Origin: an uncultured delta proteobacterium
GTDB lineage: Bacteria > Myxococcota_A > Polyangia > Haliangiales > Haliangiaceae
Direction of reading: 5' to 3'
Length of the DNA stretch: 64,000 nucleotides
NCBI GenBank assembly: GCA_963848295.1
Contig: CAWKDB010000010.1
Location: forward strand, 3,776,001-3,840,000
A model generated the notes under the pieces. That model worked only from the letters and a program-made list of their open reading frames with translations, was not told the DNA's origin and ran no database searches. Numbering within the stretch: the stretch's first letter is position 1; every line of letters starts with the position of its first letter. This document shows, in pieces, positions 21,101 to 30,685 of the stretch. A program made the translations under genes and the position numbers.

Positions 21101-22387
21101 CTAGCGCAGCTCTGCGATCGCTGCCGCGGCGACGACGATCGTCGCGCCGCCGAGCAGCGTGCCGGCCGCGGCGCGATCGGCGACGCGCGCGAGCGCGAAC
21201 AACCCGGGAACGAGGACGAACGTGGTCCACCAGCCCGCGAGCCACACGAGCTTCGCGCGGTGGCGCGCTGCGGGCGGGATCGGCAACGTGTCCGAAACCC
21301 GGACGAGCTCGATCGGTGGCCGCTCGAGGCGGCGGCCGAGCGCGATGCCGTACGCCGCGACGCTCGCGAACGTGGCGACGAGCCACGGGATCGGATCGTC
21401 CGGTGGGGCCAGGCCGATGATCGCGAGCACGAGGAAGCACAGCGCGCCGAGGGCGAACGCCATCGGATAGCGCCGCCGCATCAGTTGCGCGTCCTTGCGA
21501 TAGAGCGGGGCGGCCCCGCCGAGCATGCCGGCGATCGTGCGCTCGATCGCGGTCGGTTCGCGAATCTCGAGCGGGGCGAGCTGCTGGCGATCGAGGGCCG
21601 AGACATCGCGCAAGATCGTCGCCATCGCGTTCGGCGCGAGGACGCGAGTCGCGATCAACGCCGAGACGCTCGCGACGAGGAGGCCGACGAGCTCCGGCGC
21701 GACTTGTCGCCACGACTTGGTGCCGAGCAGCACCGGCGAGGCGAGGACCGCGATGACGATCACCGCGCTCGAGACGAAGCCCGGCAGCGCACCGAGCAGC
21801 GGCGTCGGCACGTCGCCCGGTTTGCGCGCCGCCGCTTGCATCGCGCGCGCGGGGCTCGCCCCGGCGATCGCGATCGCGACCTCGATCGCGCGAGCACCAC
21901 TCGACGTCGCGACGAGCGACGCCGCCCAGATCGCCGTCGCCGGCAGGAGTCCGGCGGCGGTCGCACCGAGCACGCCCGCGTACGCGGCGTGCGCGAGAAT
22001 CGGCCGCGCGTCGGCGCTCGCGAAGGCGATCGGCAACATCCCGATGAGCACCGCGAGCGTCGTGGTCGCGGCGGCGCTCGCACAGCGCACCAGGGCGGCA
22101 TCGAGCAACGCCACGCCGCCGATCGGCAGTTGCGCGAGCATCGGCGCGTCGCGGCGCCAGTAGATGTGAAACGGCACGCGCATGAACGCGAGCGCGAACG
22201 CGACGATCGCCCCCGCGAGCCACGCATGACTCGCCGCGACCGGCCCCGCGGCGGCGCCGCGCCACGCGACGAACCCGGCGAACGCACCGCCCGCGACCAC
22301 CGCGATCGCGATCGGAGACGACCACCAGCCGGCGCGCGCCGCGCGGTCGTAGCGCCGGCCCCACGCGATCAACTGGCCGCTCGTCAT
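21101..22387 (-). CDS. Multi-TM membrane protein, probable ABC exporter permease
   Basis: About 10 hydrophobic segments; ATG 22387 overlaps the stop of the upstream ABC ATPase. Confidence 0.7.
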   Translation of the reverse strand: MTSGQLIAWGRRYDRAARAGWWSSPIAIAVVAGGAFAGFVAWRGAAAGPVAASHAWLAGAIVAFALAFMRVPFHIYWRRDAPMLAQLPIGGVALLDAALVRCASAAATTTLAVLIGMLPIAFASADARPILAHAAYAGVLGATAAGLLPATAIWAASLVATSSGARAIEVAIAIAGASPARAMQAAARKPGDVPTPLLGALPGFVSSAVIVIAVLASPVLLGTKSWRQVAPELVGLLVASVSALIATRVLAPNAMATILRDVSALDRQQLAPLEIREPTAIERTIAGMLGGAAPLYRKDAQLMRRRYPMAFALGALCFLVLAIIGLAPPDDPIPWLVATFASVAAYGIALGRRLERPPIELVRVSDTLPIPPAARHRAKLVWLAGWWTTFVLVPGLFALARVADRAAAGTLLGGATIVVAAAAIAELR

Positions 22388-23115
22388 GTCGGCCCGTCGT
22401 CCGGCACGAGCGACACGTAGAGCTCCTCGATCGCGTTCGGCCCGCTCGCGAGCAACGCGTCGACCTCGGCCTTGCGGCGATCGGCGACGAGCTTGCCTTT
22501 GGTCATCACCAAGATCCGGTCGCATAGCCGCTCGGCGACGCCGAGCATGTGGGTCGACATCAGCACGGTCGCGCCGCGATCGGCAGCCGCGCGCACGGCC
22601 GCACGCGCCGCACGCGAGGCGTGAGGATCGAGCCCGTTGAGCGTCTCGTCGAGCAACAGCACGCGTACGGGCCCGACGAGCGCCGCGGCGAGCCCGACGC
22701 GCTGGCGCATGCCGAACGACAGCTCGCGACACGGCCGATCTGCGATCGCGGTCAACCCGAGCTCGCCCAGGATCGCGGTCGCGGCAACGCGATCGGCTCC
22801 GCGCGCTTCGGCGATGAACGCGACGTGCTCGAACGCGGTAAAAAACTCGTAGAGCGCTGGCGGTTGGTCGGCGAAGCCGATCATCGCGCGCAACGAGCGC
22901 GGCGCCGACGCGAGGTCCTGACCGTCGACCGCGATCGTGCCGGCGCTCGGCAGCACCGCGCCGGCGATCGCCGCGAGCGTCGTGCTCTTGCCGGCGCCGT
23001 TCGGACCGAGCAGCAAGGCGATCTCGCCCGGGTCGAGCGCGAGGTCGATGCCATCGACCGCGGTACGCCGGCCGTAGCGCACGGCGAGACCGCGAAGCTC
23101 GGCGAGCGCTACCAC
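22384..23115 (-). CDS. ABC transporter ATP-binding protein
   Basis: GPNGAGKST Walker A, LSFGMRQ signature, LLLDE Walker B, STH switch. Confidence 0.95.
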   Translation of the reverse strand: MVALAELRGLAVRYGRRTAVDGIDLALDPGEIALLLGPNGAGKSTTLAAIAGAVLPSAGTIAVDGQDLASAPRSLRAMIGFADQPPALYEFFTAFEHVAFIAEARGADRVAATAILGELGLTAIADRPCRELSFGMRQRVGLAAALVGPVRVLLLDETLNGLDPHASRAARAAVRAAADRGATVLMSTHMLGVAERLCDRILVMTKGKLVADRRKAEVDALLASGPNAIEELYVSLVPDDGPT

Positions 23116-24344
23116 GAGTACACCACGACGTAGACGACGGTCTTGTTCGTGTGCGCCGGCACTCGTGCGCGCAGCGTGATCTCTTGCGCGCCGGCCTTGC
23201 TGACCGCGGTGCTCGGCACCGACGCGTAGGCGATCGCCCAGTTCTGTCCGCGGTAGAGGTGCTCGCGCAACAGCATCGTCACCGGGACCGATCGCGCATT
23301 GTCGATCGCGATCCCGAATTCCTCGACGATGCGATGGGTGTCTTCGTCGATCGAGAGCTCGCGGCGCTCGCGATGAGCGGTGACTCCGACGGCGGTGCCG
23401 AGCTCGATCGTGTCGACCTGGGCGACTCGGGTCGCGTCATCGAACATCTGCGCTTCGCCGACGACCGCGAGCGTCCCGTCGTCGCGACTGTCGAGCAAGC
23501 GCACCGGCCCCGCCGGCAGGCCGCGCGACGACGCGGAGCGCGCGAGCTCGATCGACTCCGCGACGCGCGTCGATGCCGGGGTCGTGACGCCGAGCTCGGG
23601 CTCTTCCGACGGGATCGACGCCGGCGACGGGGTATCGAGCGCGACGCCGATCGGATCGTAGACCAGGATGGACCGGATCCGGCGTGGCTTCGCATCGACG
23701 AGCAGCGGGACGCGAGTCTCCCCGTCGCGCAGCTCGACCGTGCCGAGATCGCGCGCTTCGGGGCGCGGCGACGTGCCGACATTCGTGCCAGCGAGTGACG
23801 CGGACAAGGCGAGCGCGCGCGCCGCGATGCCGGCCTCGACCGTCGAGTCGACCACGCGCAGGTGCGCGACGTGATAGGCGACGCCCGTCGCATTGCGGAT
23901 CGCGATCGAACCGCGGATCGTCGCGCGATCGTGCGCGGCGGAGGTCGTCATCGTGTACGCCGCGTCCCACGGCAGCTTCGTCGGATACGCGACCGTGAGG
24001 GTGTAGTGGCCAGCCGACGGCGCGCCGACCTCGATCGACGCGCACCGCGCCTTGACCGTCCCCGGCGCCGGCGGTTCGTCGCCGCAGAGGTGAATCGCGC
24101 CGAGCTCCAAGCCGCCGCGATCGATCCAATCGAGGTCTTCGGCTTTGGCGTCGGCCGGGAGCTCGAGCCTGACGGTGGACGCGCCGGCCGGGAGCTCGAC
24201 CGCGATGCGCTGCCGCACGTACCCGACGCCGCCGCGAAACAGCGTGATGTCGTCGCCGCTCACCCCATCGTTCGCGACCCGGTGAACCGCAGCGCCGCAC
24301 GCTCCGCCGACGACGGCGAGAGTCAACGCGCACCACCTCACCAT
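23109..24344 (-). CDS. DUF4139/DUF4140-like exported protein (possible lipoprotein)
   Basis: MVRWCALTLAVVGGAC signal; ITLFRGGVGYVRQ, WDAAYTM, IRNATG, GLPAGPVRL, C-terminal YVVVYSW typical of the family. Confidence 0.7.
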   Translation of the reverse strand: MVRWCALTLAVVGGACGAAVHRVANDGVSGDDITLFRGGVGYVRQRIAVELPAGASTVRLELPADAKAEDLDWIDRGGLELGAIHLCGDEPPAPGTVKARCASIEVGAPSAGHYTLTVAYPTKLPWDAAYTMTTSAAHDRATIRGSIAIRNATGVAYHVAHLRVVDSTVEAGIAARALALSASLAGTNVGTSPRPEARDLGTVELRDGETRVPLLVDAKPRRIRSILVYDPIGVALDTPSPASIPSEEPELGVTTPASTRVAESIELARSASSRGLPAGPVRLLDSRDDGTLAVVGEAQMFDDATRVAQVDTIELGTAVGVTAHRERRELSIDEDTHRIVEEFGIAIDNARSVPVTMLLREHLYRGQNWAIAYASVPSTAVSKAGAQEITLRARVPAHTNKTVVYVVVYSW

Positions 24345-25789
24345 GAATACGTGACGGTATAGACGACCGATTTCTTCGCACCCGCCGGCAAGTCGAATCT
24401 GTACTCCTGCGTCTGCGGCGCGGCGCGCACACCTTTGACGGTCTCGTCGCCCGGCTCGATCCTCCACGACGGTGCTCGCCACATGAACTCGCGCGCGACC
24501 GCCTCGACCGGTTGCCGCGCCTTGTTCTCGAGCGCGACCTCGACCTTTTCGCGCAGCGTTCGAGTGCGCTCGTCGAGCGTGCAGCTGAGGATCTTGCGCT
24601 CGCCGGTCAGGTCGGCCGTCGGCGTGACCCGGACCCGCGCGAGGCCGATCGCGGTGCGCAGCGAATCCTCGGAGACGAGATCGAGCTGGCCTCCCTTGCG
24701 CGCGAACAGTCGGACCTTGCCGTCGGCGAGCGGATCGCCCGGCACGTCGACCTCGAGCGCGACCTCCGCCTTGTCGGCGGTGCCGGGGACGTTCGTGCAC
24801 TCGGTCGAGGGCGAGTTGCGATAGACCGCCGACACATCGGGGATCGCTTCGTAGGTCACGACCGTGCGCGACTTCATGTGCAGCCGCGGCGGCAGGAGCT
24901 CGACCTGCACACTCTCGCCGTCGCCGATGTGCACCGGCTTGGCGATCGTGAATCGGGTCGGAGCCGCGCCCGGCTTCGCGTTGCTCGGCTGGCTCGAGAC
25001 CAGCGTGACCTGCGCTCCGTCGAACGTCGTGCCCGACGTGTTCTTGATCGTCGCCCAGCCCGTGAAATCGAACGTCTTGGCCGCTTCGTCGATGATCGCG
25101 AGGTAGTCGGCCGACCAGGCCAGACCTTCGGTGCGATAGCTGATCTCGACCGTCTGGTTTCCGGGCCTGGCAGTCTGCAGGCGGACCGCGAGGCTCGCCT
25201 TCGCGGGAGGGCCTCCCGGCGCGAGCTTGACGTCTTGGACAAAGCCATCGCGGCGCAGCACCCGCAGCTGGCGTCGCGCGCCCGTGCCGACCTCGACGAC
25301 GAGCGAGTCCTTGTCGACCGCGCGCAAGATGCCGACGATCTCGCCTTTCGCGGTGCCGACCGTGACCGGCTCGCCGACGCGCCGTCCGAGGATGTCGTCG
25401 GGAGTCGCTGCGCCGGGCACGAAGCGCTGTTCCACGACGGCGAGCTGCGGATCCGAGATGCCGCGCACCCGCACCGAAGCCGGATCCAGGGTCGCTGCTA
25501 CGTTTTCGACTCGGACCTCGCCCTTGCCGACGTCGAGCTCGCGTTGCTCCGTGATCAACGCGCCGGTCGGCGTGCTGGCGTTTCCGTACGTGTCGCCACC
25601 ATCCGGGTTTGCATCCCCGGCCGAAGCGGCCCAGATCGTGATGGCGGTGCGATCGGCGCTCGCGCCGCGGCCCATCGCGAGCACCAGGGCGACGAGCGCC
25701 AACGAGCTCGATCGATGCGGGCGGCTCGCCCGACCGCAGCAGCGCCGCCCGAGCGCGGCGCGGTTTGATCGACCCATCCCGCCGAGCAT
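24338..25789 (-). CDS. DUF4139/DUF4140-like exported protein (paralog of downstream gene)
   Basis: LDPASVRV, YRTEGLAWSADY, GWATIKNTSG, LADGKVRLF, C-terminal YTVTYSW; start uncertain (25789 or 25777). Confidence 0.75.
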   Translation of the reverse strand: MLGGMGRSNRAALGRRCCGRASRPHRSSSLALVALVLAMGRGASADRTAITIWAASAGDANPDGGDTYGNASTPTGALITEQRELDVGKGEVRVENVAATLDPASVRVRGISDPQLAVVEQRFVPGAATPDDILGRRVGEPVTVGTAKGEIVGILRAVDKDSLVVEVGTGARRQLRVLRRDGFVQDVKLAPGGPPAKASLAVRLQTARPGNQTVEISYRTEGLAWSADYLAIIDEAAKTFDFTGWATIKNTSGTTFDGAQVTLVSSQPSNAKPGAAPTRFTIAKPVHIGDGESVQVELLPPRLHMKSRTVVTYEAIPDVSAVYRNSPSTECTNVPGTADKAEVALEVDVPGDPLADGKVRLFARKGGQLDLVSEDSLRTAIGLARVRVTPTADLTGERKILSCTLDERTRTLREKVEVALENKARQPVEAVAREFMWRAPSWRIEPGDETVKGVRAAPQTQEYRFDLPAGAKKSVVYTVTYSW

Positions 25790-25819
25790 ACGCCAACGTA
25801 GCTTGTGTATAGTGACAAC

Positions 25820-28800
25820 GTGGCGGTCGCGACCTACCCGGGTACCGTGTCGCCGTTGCGCGGGCTCGACCCATTCGGCGAGGCGGAGCGCGACGTCTGG
25901 CAGGGCAGGGAAACCGAACGAGACGAGATCGCGAAGCTGGTCTCGGGCGACGGCTTTCGCGCCGGCCTCGTTTACGGTGAGCCCGGAGTCGGCAAGACCT
26001 CGCTCGTCCGCGCCGGGCTCATCCCTCACCTGCGCGATCACGGGATCGTCGCGCTCGCGTGCGAGGACGTCACCGCGCCGGCGCAGAGCTTCGCGACCGG
26101 CCTGTCGGCGTTCGGGATCGAGCAGCATCCGGGCGAGGCTCCGGTCGCGTTCATCACGCGCGCGGTTTCAGCGGCGGTCGCCGGACAGCAGTTCGTGTTC
26201 ATCGTGGATGATGTCGATCTCGCGTGCGCCCACGAGCAATCGATCAGCGAGCTGGCCGAGCTGTTCGCGAAGGTCGTCAGCCGGTCCGGCGGTCGCGCCA
26301 GGTTCTTGTTCGTGTGCGCGAGCGATCGGATGAACGCGCTCGGTGCGCTCGAGCGCCGCACCGGCTCGTTGTTCCCGCCGTCGAATCGCTACGAGCTCGC
26401 GCGCCTGTCGGTCGCCGACGCGAGCAGGCTGTTCGACAAGGTCCTGACCCTCGCCGGCGTCGCGGCCGATCCCGAGCTCGCGCATTCGGTCATGCAGGAC
26501 ATGGATCGCGGGCAGCCGTTGCTCGCGGCCGATCTACAAGTCGCGGCGATGGCGATGCGCGATCTGAAGCTGACCACGCCCGCCGCGCTCCACGCCGCGG
26601 GTGGTGCGGCCGAGCTCGAGTCGCTGTGGCTGCACGATGCGTGCGCCGCGACCGGCGACGAGCGCGCCGCACTCCGGCTATGTGCCGAGCTCGCCTCGGG
26701 TGGCGCGACCCCGCAGGGCTCCGACCTCGTGATCCGTCGGGTCAGCCTCGCCGCGAGCTGGGCGAATCAGGCGTTCGCCGTGCTCGAGCAACGCGGCGTG
26801 ATCGCGCGCGGCGATCCGGGGGGTGCGACCTGGCTGTTGCGTCACGAGGTGCTGATCGCGCGCGTTCGCGAGCTCACCGCTCCAGCGCGAGCGGCGGCGC
26901 GCCGAGCGTTCGATCTGCTCGGCAGCAAGACGCAATCACACGGCCGGCTCAACTTCGCGGAGCTGCGCGCGCTCAAGGCCGAAGGCATCGCGCCGGTCAC
27001 GCCGGCCGAGCAAGATGTCGTCAATCGCTCGAAGCGCCACTACCAGCTGATCGCAGCGGGCATCGCCGCCGTCCCGATCGCGTTGATCATCATGATCTAC
27101 GTGTCGATGCACGGTCGCGTCTTCTTCGACCTGCAACCGCGCGCCGGCGGTGATCGCATCGTCGTGCGCTCCGGCCGTGCCGGCCTGCGCGGCTTCTCGT
27201 GGCTGCCGGCGAGCGGCTACGGCGCGGTCGTGGCCGACACGGGTTTATCCCGCGCGATGGTCGCGCCCGAGATGTGGAAGAAGGTCGACGATCGCGATCT
27301 CGGCGCCGATCGCGGCAGCTGGGACGACATGGTCGCGCAGCTGATGGCGCCGCAGCTCGCCGGGCTCGTCGAGTACGCCGGCGGCAATGACCAACCGCTC
27401 GCGGCCCTGCAGAAGGCCGCGAAGGACCCCGAGGATCTCGCCGAGCTGCTCACCGCGTTGCGCCCGATCGCGCGCGGCACTCCCGAGGAGGTCAAGTTCG
27501 TGGAGGCGGCGCTCGCGATGCCGACGCCCGTGGTCCAGCACGCCGCGATCGCGCTCGCCGGCGCGGCGGCGCAACGGCGCGACGTCTATCAAGACACGTT
27601 GACCCAGGCGCTGCTGTCGACCGATCCCGAGCTGCGGCGGATCGCGTTCGCCGCGGTGCGCAGCCTCGGCGACCGCGGTCGCGCGTTGTTCCAGGCCGCG
27701 CTCGCGAAGGATCCCGAAGCGTCGGCCCGCCACGAGTTGTTGACCGAGCTGTCGGTGGCCAGCACCGAGGACGTGCCCTCGGCCCAGAGCGCGGCGAGCA
27801 TGCTGGCCGATCCCGACGCATCGCCGGCGCTGCGCGATCGCGCGAAGACCCAGCTCAAAGCGGCGCTCGCCCAGGATCCCGCGGCGGGAGCCGAGGCCTT
27901 GACCCAGCTCGTCGCGGCCGAAAGGGCGCGACCCGAAGAGCGAGCGTACGCGATCGAACAGCTGCGCGACCTCGAGCCGCTGCCGAAGGTCGAGCACCTC
28001 GTCGATGCCGCGCACGCGGCGTTCGAGTCGAAGTCGGAGCTGCTCCGGGCGAGCGCGCTGCCGCTCTACGCCGAGGTCGACCCGGTGCGCGCCGGCGGCG
28101 AGCTCGCGAACATGCTCGAAGACCCGAAGCTGGACAAGACGATCAAGGTCGCCGCCGCGCTCGCGTGGGGCGAGGTCGGCGCCGCGAATCGCGATGCGGC
28201 GTCGAACGCGCTCGATCGCATGTTGAAGGACGAAGATGGTGACGTGCGTGCCGCCGCGGCGACCGCCGCCGGCAAGCTCGGCCGCGCGTATCAAGACAAG
28301 CTGATCAAGATGGCCAAGGCCGAGAACTACAACGTGCGGATCGGCGCCGCCGAGGGCCTCGCCGCGTCCGCGGTGTCGGGCGGCAACATCGGTTACGCGG
28401 TCGACGGCATCGCGCAGCTCTGGCGCGAAAAGGGTCGACCGCGGCGCGACGCCGCGAAGATCTACGCGCACCTCGCGCGCAAGAAGCCGCAGGCGGTGGT
28501 CGAGTACCTGTCGACCGCCGCGCGTACGCCCGAGGATCCGCTGCTCCATCCGATCGGCGTCGAGGGCCTGTGCAACGCTTCGATCGCCGGCAACCCGGAT
28601 GCGCGCCGCGCGCTCGCGCGCTCGACCGACGACACGAGTGTCGAGGTGCGCCGACTCGTGATGTCGTGCGTCGCCGACGGGCCGGATCCGGCGAAGAACG
28701 GCGCCGCGGTCGCCGCTCGGCTGGTGCGCGATCCCGACGGCGAGATTCGCGCCGACGCGGCGCGCGTGCTCGCCGCGGCCGCGAGCAAAGGCAAGGTCGC

Positions 28801-29725
28801 CGCCGGCATCATCGACGCGCTCGTCGCGCTGCTCGACGATAACGACCGCGACGTGCGGATGATCGCGATTCGCGCGATGGGCGGGCTCGGCAACGATGCG
28901 CCGAAAGCCGCATCGATCGCGATGGCGAAGCTGTTCGAGCACGGCGATGAAGCCGAAAAGCTCGCGCTGTTGCGCACCGCGAAGCAGACCGGCGCCGGCG
29001 AGCTCGTCGCGCTCGCGATCGCGGATGGCTCGCCGCTCGTGCGCGTCGCCGCGGTCGACGCCGCGCTCGGCGGCAACATCCGCGCGGCGGCTACGTTATC
29101 CGCCGCGCTCGCCGACTCCGATCCGCAAGTGCGCAAGGCCGCGCTCGAGCGGCTCGCCTCGCAGAAGGACAAGATCGAGGCGGCGGTGCTCGAGCGCGCG
29201 CTGTCGCTCGCGGTCCGCGATCCGGACCCCGAGCTCGGCCAGCTCGCGCTGACGACGATCGCACGCGTATCGCAAAAGGAAGCGGTCGTCGCGCGGCTGC
29301 ATCGGTCGTTGGCGTCGCGCGCCGAGCGGACTCGCGCGCAAGCGGCGGCCGCGGCGATCGGGCTCGTCGATCGCGATGCCGCTGCAGCGTTGCAGCTGCT
29401 CGAGCCGCTGCTCGACGATCCATCGCACGACGTGCGGGCCGCGATGCTGCCCGCGCTCGGAGCGGCCTACGCGAAGAAGAACACGCCGGAGAAGCTCGCC
29501 GACATGCTCGAAGGCTCGGAAGACTCGGCGATGCGCCGGCTCGCGACCGCCGCCGCGTTCGTCACGCTCGCGCGCACCGACACCGGCTCGACCGCCTCGC
29601 TCGCCGTGCTCAAGAAGGTCGCCGCGTCCGGTCCGCCGATGGCGCGTGCGAACGCGAAGCTCGTCATCGGGCTGATCAAAGGCAAGGCCGACGGCATCGC
29701 GTTCTTGCAAGAGCTCGTGCCCTAA
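25820..29725 (+). CDS. nSTAND1-like P-loop NTPase + TM helix + long HEAT-repeat region
   Basis: SPLRGLDPF..GRETE..GEPGVGKTSLVRAGLIPHL; TM IAAGIAAVPIALIIMIYV; repeats such as DGDVRAAAATA, DRDVRMIAIRAMG, DPQVRKAAL. Confidence 0.85.
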   Translation: MAVATYPGTVSPLRGLDPFGEAERDVWQGRETERDEIAKLVSGDGFRAGLVYGEPGVGKTSLVRAGLIPHLRDHGIVALACEDVTAPAQSFATGLSAFGIEQHPGEAPVAFITRAVSAAVAGQQFVFIVDDVDLACAHEQSISELAELFAKVVSRSGGRARFLFVCASDRMNALGALERRTGSLFPPSNRYELARLSVADASRLFDKVLTLAGVAADPELAHSVMQDMDRGQPLLAADLQVAAMAMRDLKLTTPAALHAAGGAAELESLWLHDACAATGDERAALRLCAELASGGATPQGSDLVIRRVSLAASWANQAFAVLEQRGVIARGDPGGATWLLRHEVLIARVRELTAPARAAARRAFDLLGSKTQSHGRLNFAELRALKAEGIAPVTPAEQDVVNRSKRHYQLIAAGIAAVPIALIIMIYVSMHGRVFFDLQPRAGGDRIVVRSGRAGLRGFSWLPASGYGAVVADTGLSRAMVAPEMWKKVDDRDLGADRGSWDDMVAQLMAPQLAGLVEYAGGNDQPLAALQKAAKDPEDLAELLTALRPIARGTPEEVKFVEAALAMPTPVVQHAAIALAGAAAQRRDVYQDTLTQALLSTDPELRRIAFAAVRSLGDRGRALFQAALAKDPEASARHELLTELSVASTEDVPSAQSAASMLADPDASPALRDRAKTQLKAALAQDPAAGAEALTQLVAAERARPEERAYAIEQLRDLEPLPKVEHLVDAAHAAFESKSELLRASALPLYAEVDPVRAGGELANMLEDPKLDKTIKVAAALAWGEVGAANRDAASNALDRMLKDEDGDVRAAAATAAGKLGRAYQDKLIKMAKAENYNVRIGAAEGLAASAVSGGNIGYAVDGIAQLWREKGRPRRDAAKIYAHLARKKPQAVVEYLSTAARTPEDPLLHPIGVEGLCNASIAGNPDARRALARSTDDTSVEVRRLVMSCVADGPDPAKNGAAVAARLVRDPDGEIRADAARVLAAAASKGKVAAGIIDALVALLDDNDRDVRMIAIRAMGGLGNDAPKAASIAMAKLFEHGDEAEKLALLRTAKQTGAGELVALAIADGSPLVRVAAVDAALGGNIRAAATLSAALADSDPQVRKAALERLASQKDKIEAAVLERALSLAVRDPDPELGQLALTTIARVSQKEAVVARLHRSLASRAERTRAQAAAAAIGLVDRDAAAALQLLEPLLDDPSHDVRAAMLPALGAAYAKKNTPEKLADMLEGSEDSAMRRLATAAAFVTLARTDTGSTASLAVLKKVAASGPPMARANAKLVIGLIKGKADGIAFLQELVP

Positions 29726-29808
29726 TTACGGGAACAGGATCATCGGCGGCTGGGTCAGGGGGCGAGCGTCGATCCACGACGCGTGATCCGGCCAAGAACC
29801 AGGCCCCG

Positions 29809-30381
29809 GTGTTCGTGCTCATCCGAAGCATGACGGCCTCCGCGTGGGGCATCCGCGCCGGTGTTCCCGACGCGCTTGCCGAGGAGCTTGCGGCGCTCGC
29901 ACGCGACGAACCGCCAGTTCGCGATCTCCACGATCTGCCGAAGCACGTCGATCGCTATCGCGCGCTCGGTCCCGCAGAATGGTTCGGCCCCGCGTTCGAA
30001 TTCTCCGACGCCGTCGCAACGCCGAGCGACGTTTCCATCGTCGACGAGGAGCGCGCATTGAACGTGAATTTTCGCGGATGGCTTCCGGCGAAATCGCGGC
30101 GGGCTGTGCACCCGTGATGGGCATCATCGTCGACGGACATCCAGTGAGCATCTGCTTTTGCGCGCGGCGCTCGGACGTTGCTGCTGAAGCTGGTCTCGAC
30201 ACCGCGTCGGCCTATCGCGGCCGCGGGTACGCCGTCCGCGTCACCGCGGCCCGGGGCACTCGCGATGCGCGCGTCGGGCCGTATCCCACTCTGCAGCACG
30301 AGCTGGGCGAACACCGCGTCGCTCGCAGTGGCACGCAAGCTCGCGCTCGTCGCGTACGCCAGCGACTGGAGCATTGCTTAG
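29809..30381 (+). pseudogene. GNAT acetyltransferase, frameshifted
   Basis: Motif A (EAGLDTASAYRGRGYA) and C-terminal NTASLAVARKL lie in different frames; frame changes near 30088 and 30253. Confidence 0.75.
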
Positions 30382-30441
30382 TTCAGTGACCCCTCGCCCT
30401 CCTGTTCCTCGATCCAAGAAAATCCGGGATCAGTAATAGTC

Positions 30442-30589
30442 AGTGCTGTGGTTGCTGTGGGCAACGCGCAGCGTTGTCCAAGCGGTGTGGGCGGGTCGGT
30501 CAACCGCACCTCATCGCCGCTCGAGCGCCGCAGTCGTCTCCAACCGCGGTTGTCCGAGCCGTCCTCACCGCGTCAGCATCCACAGCTCT
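30442..30589 (+). other. Structured non-coding element (three-way junction), REP/IS-end-like ssDNA or ncRNA
   Basis: 30445-30457 pairs with 30574-30586; hairpin 30458-30480; 26-bp helix 30482-30507 with 30546-30571. Confidence 0.75.
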
Positions 30590-30645
30590 CCGCAGGTCCG
30601 CGGTCTCCAATAGACCTAGAACGAGAAATATCGGCGATAATAGTG

Positions 30646-30673
30646 TTGACGAGCTTATGACGGCGAGTAGACT
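30646..30673 (+). promoter_or_regulatory. Sigma70-like promoter of the transposase
   Basis: TTGACG (30646-30651), 16-nt spacer, TAGACT (30668-30673), in a locally AT-rich stretch. Confidence 0.55.
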
Positions 30674-30685
30674 GTGCATGTCGTC

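Noticed and set aside
24345..25874. Upstream extension of ORF 23109-25874
   Set aside because: Overlaps the DUF4139-like paralog in another frame; the real start is ATG 24344 with a signal peptide
29731..30408. 9-bp inverted repeat (GGAACAGGA / TCCTGTTCC) flanking the GNAT pseudogene
   Set aside because: Too short, no target-site duplication seen, and HUH transposases do not use terminal inverted repeats
30442..30589. Structured element as tRNA, tmRNA, SRP RNA or a known riboswitch
   Set aside because: No T-loop, anticodon arm, CCA end or aptamer consensus that I recognise
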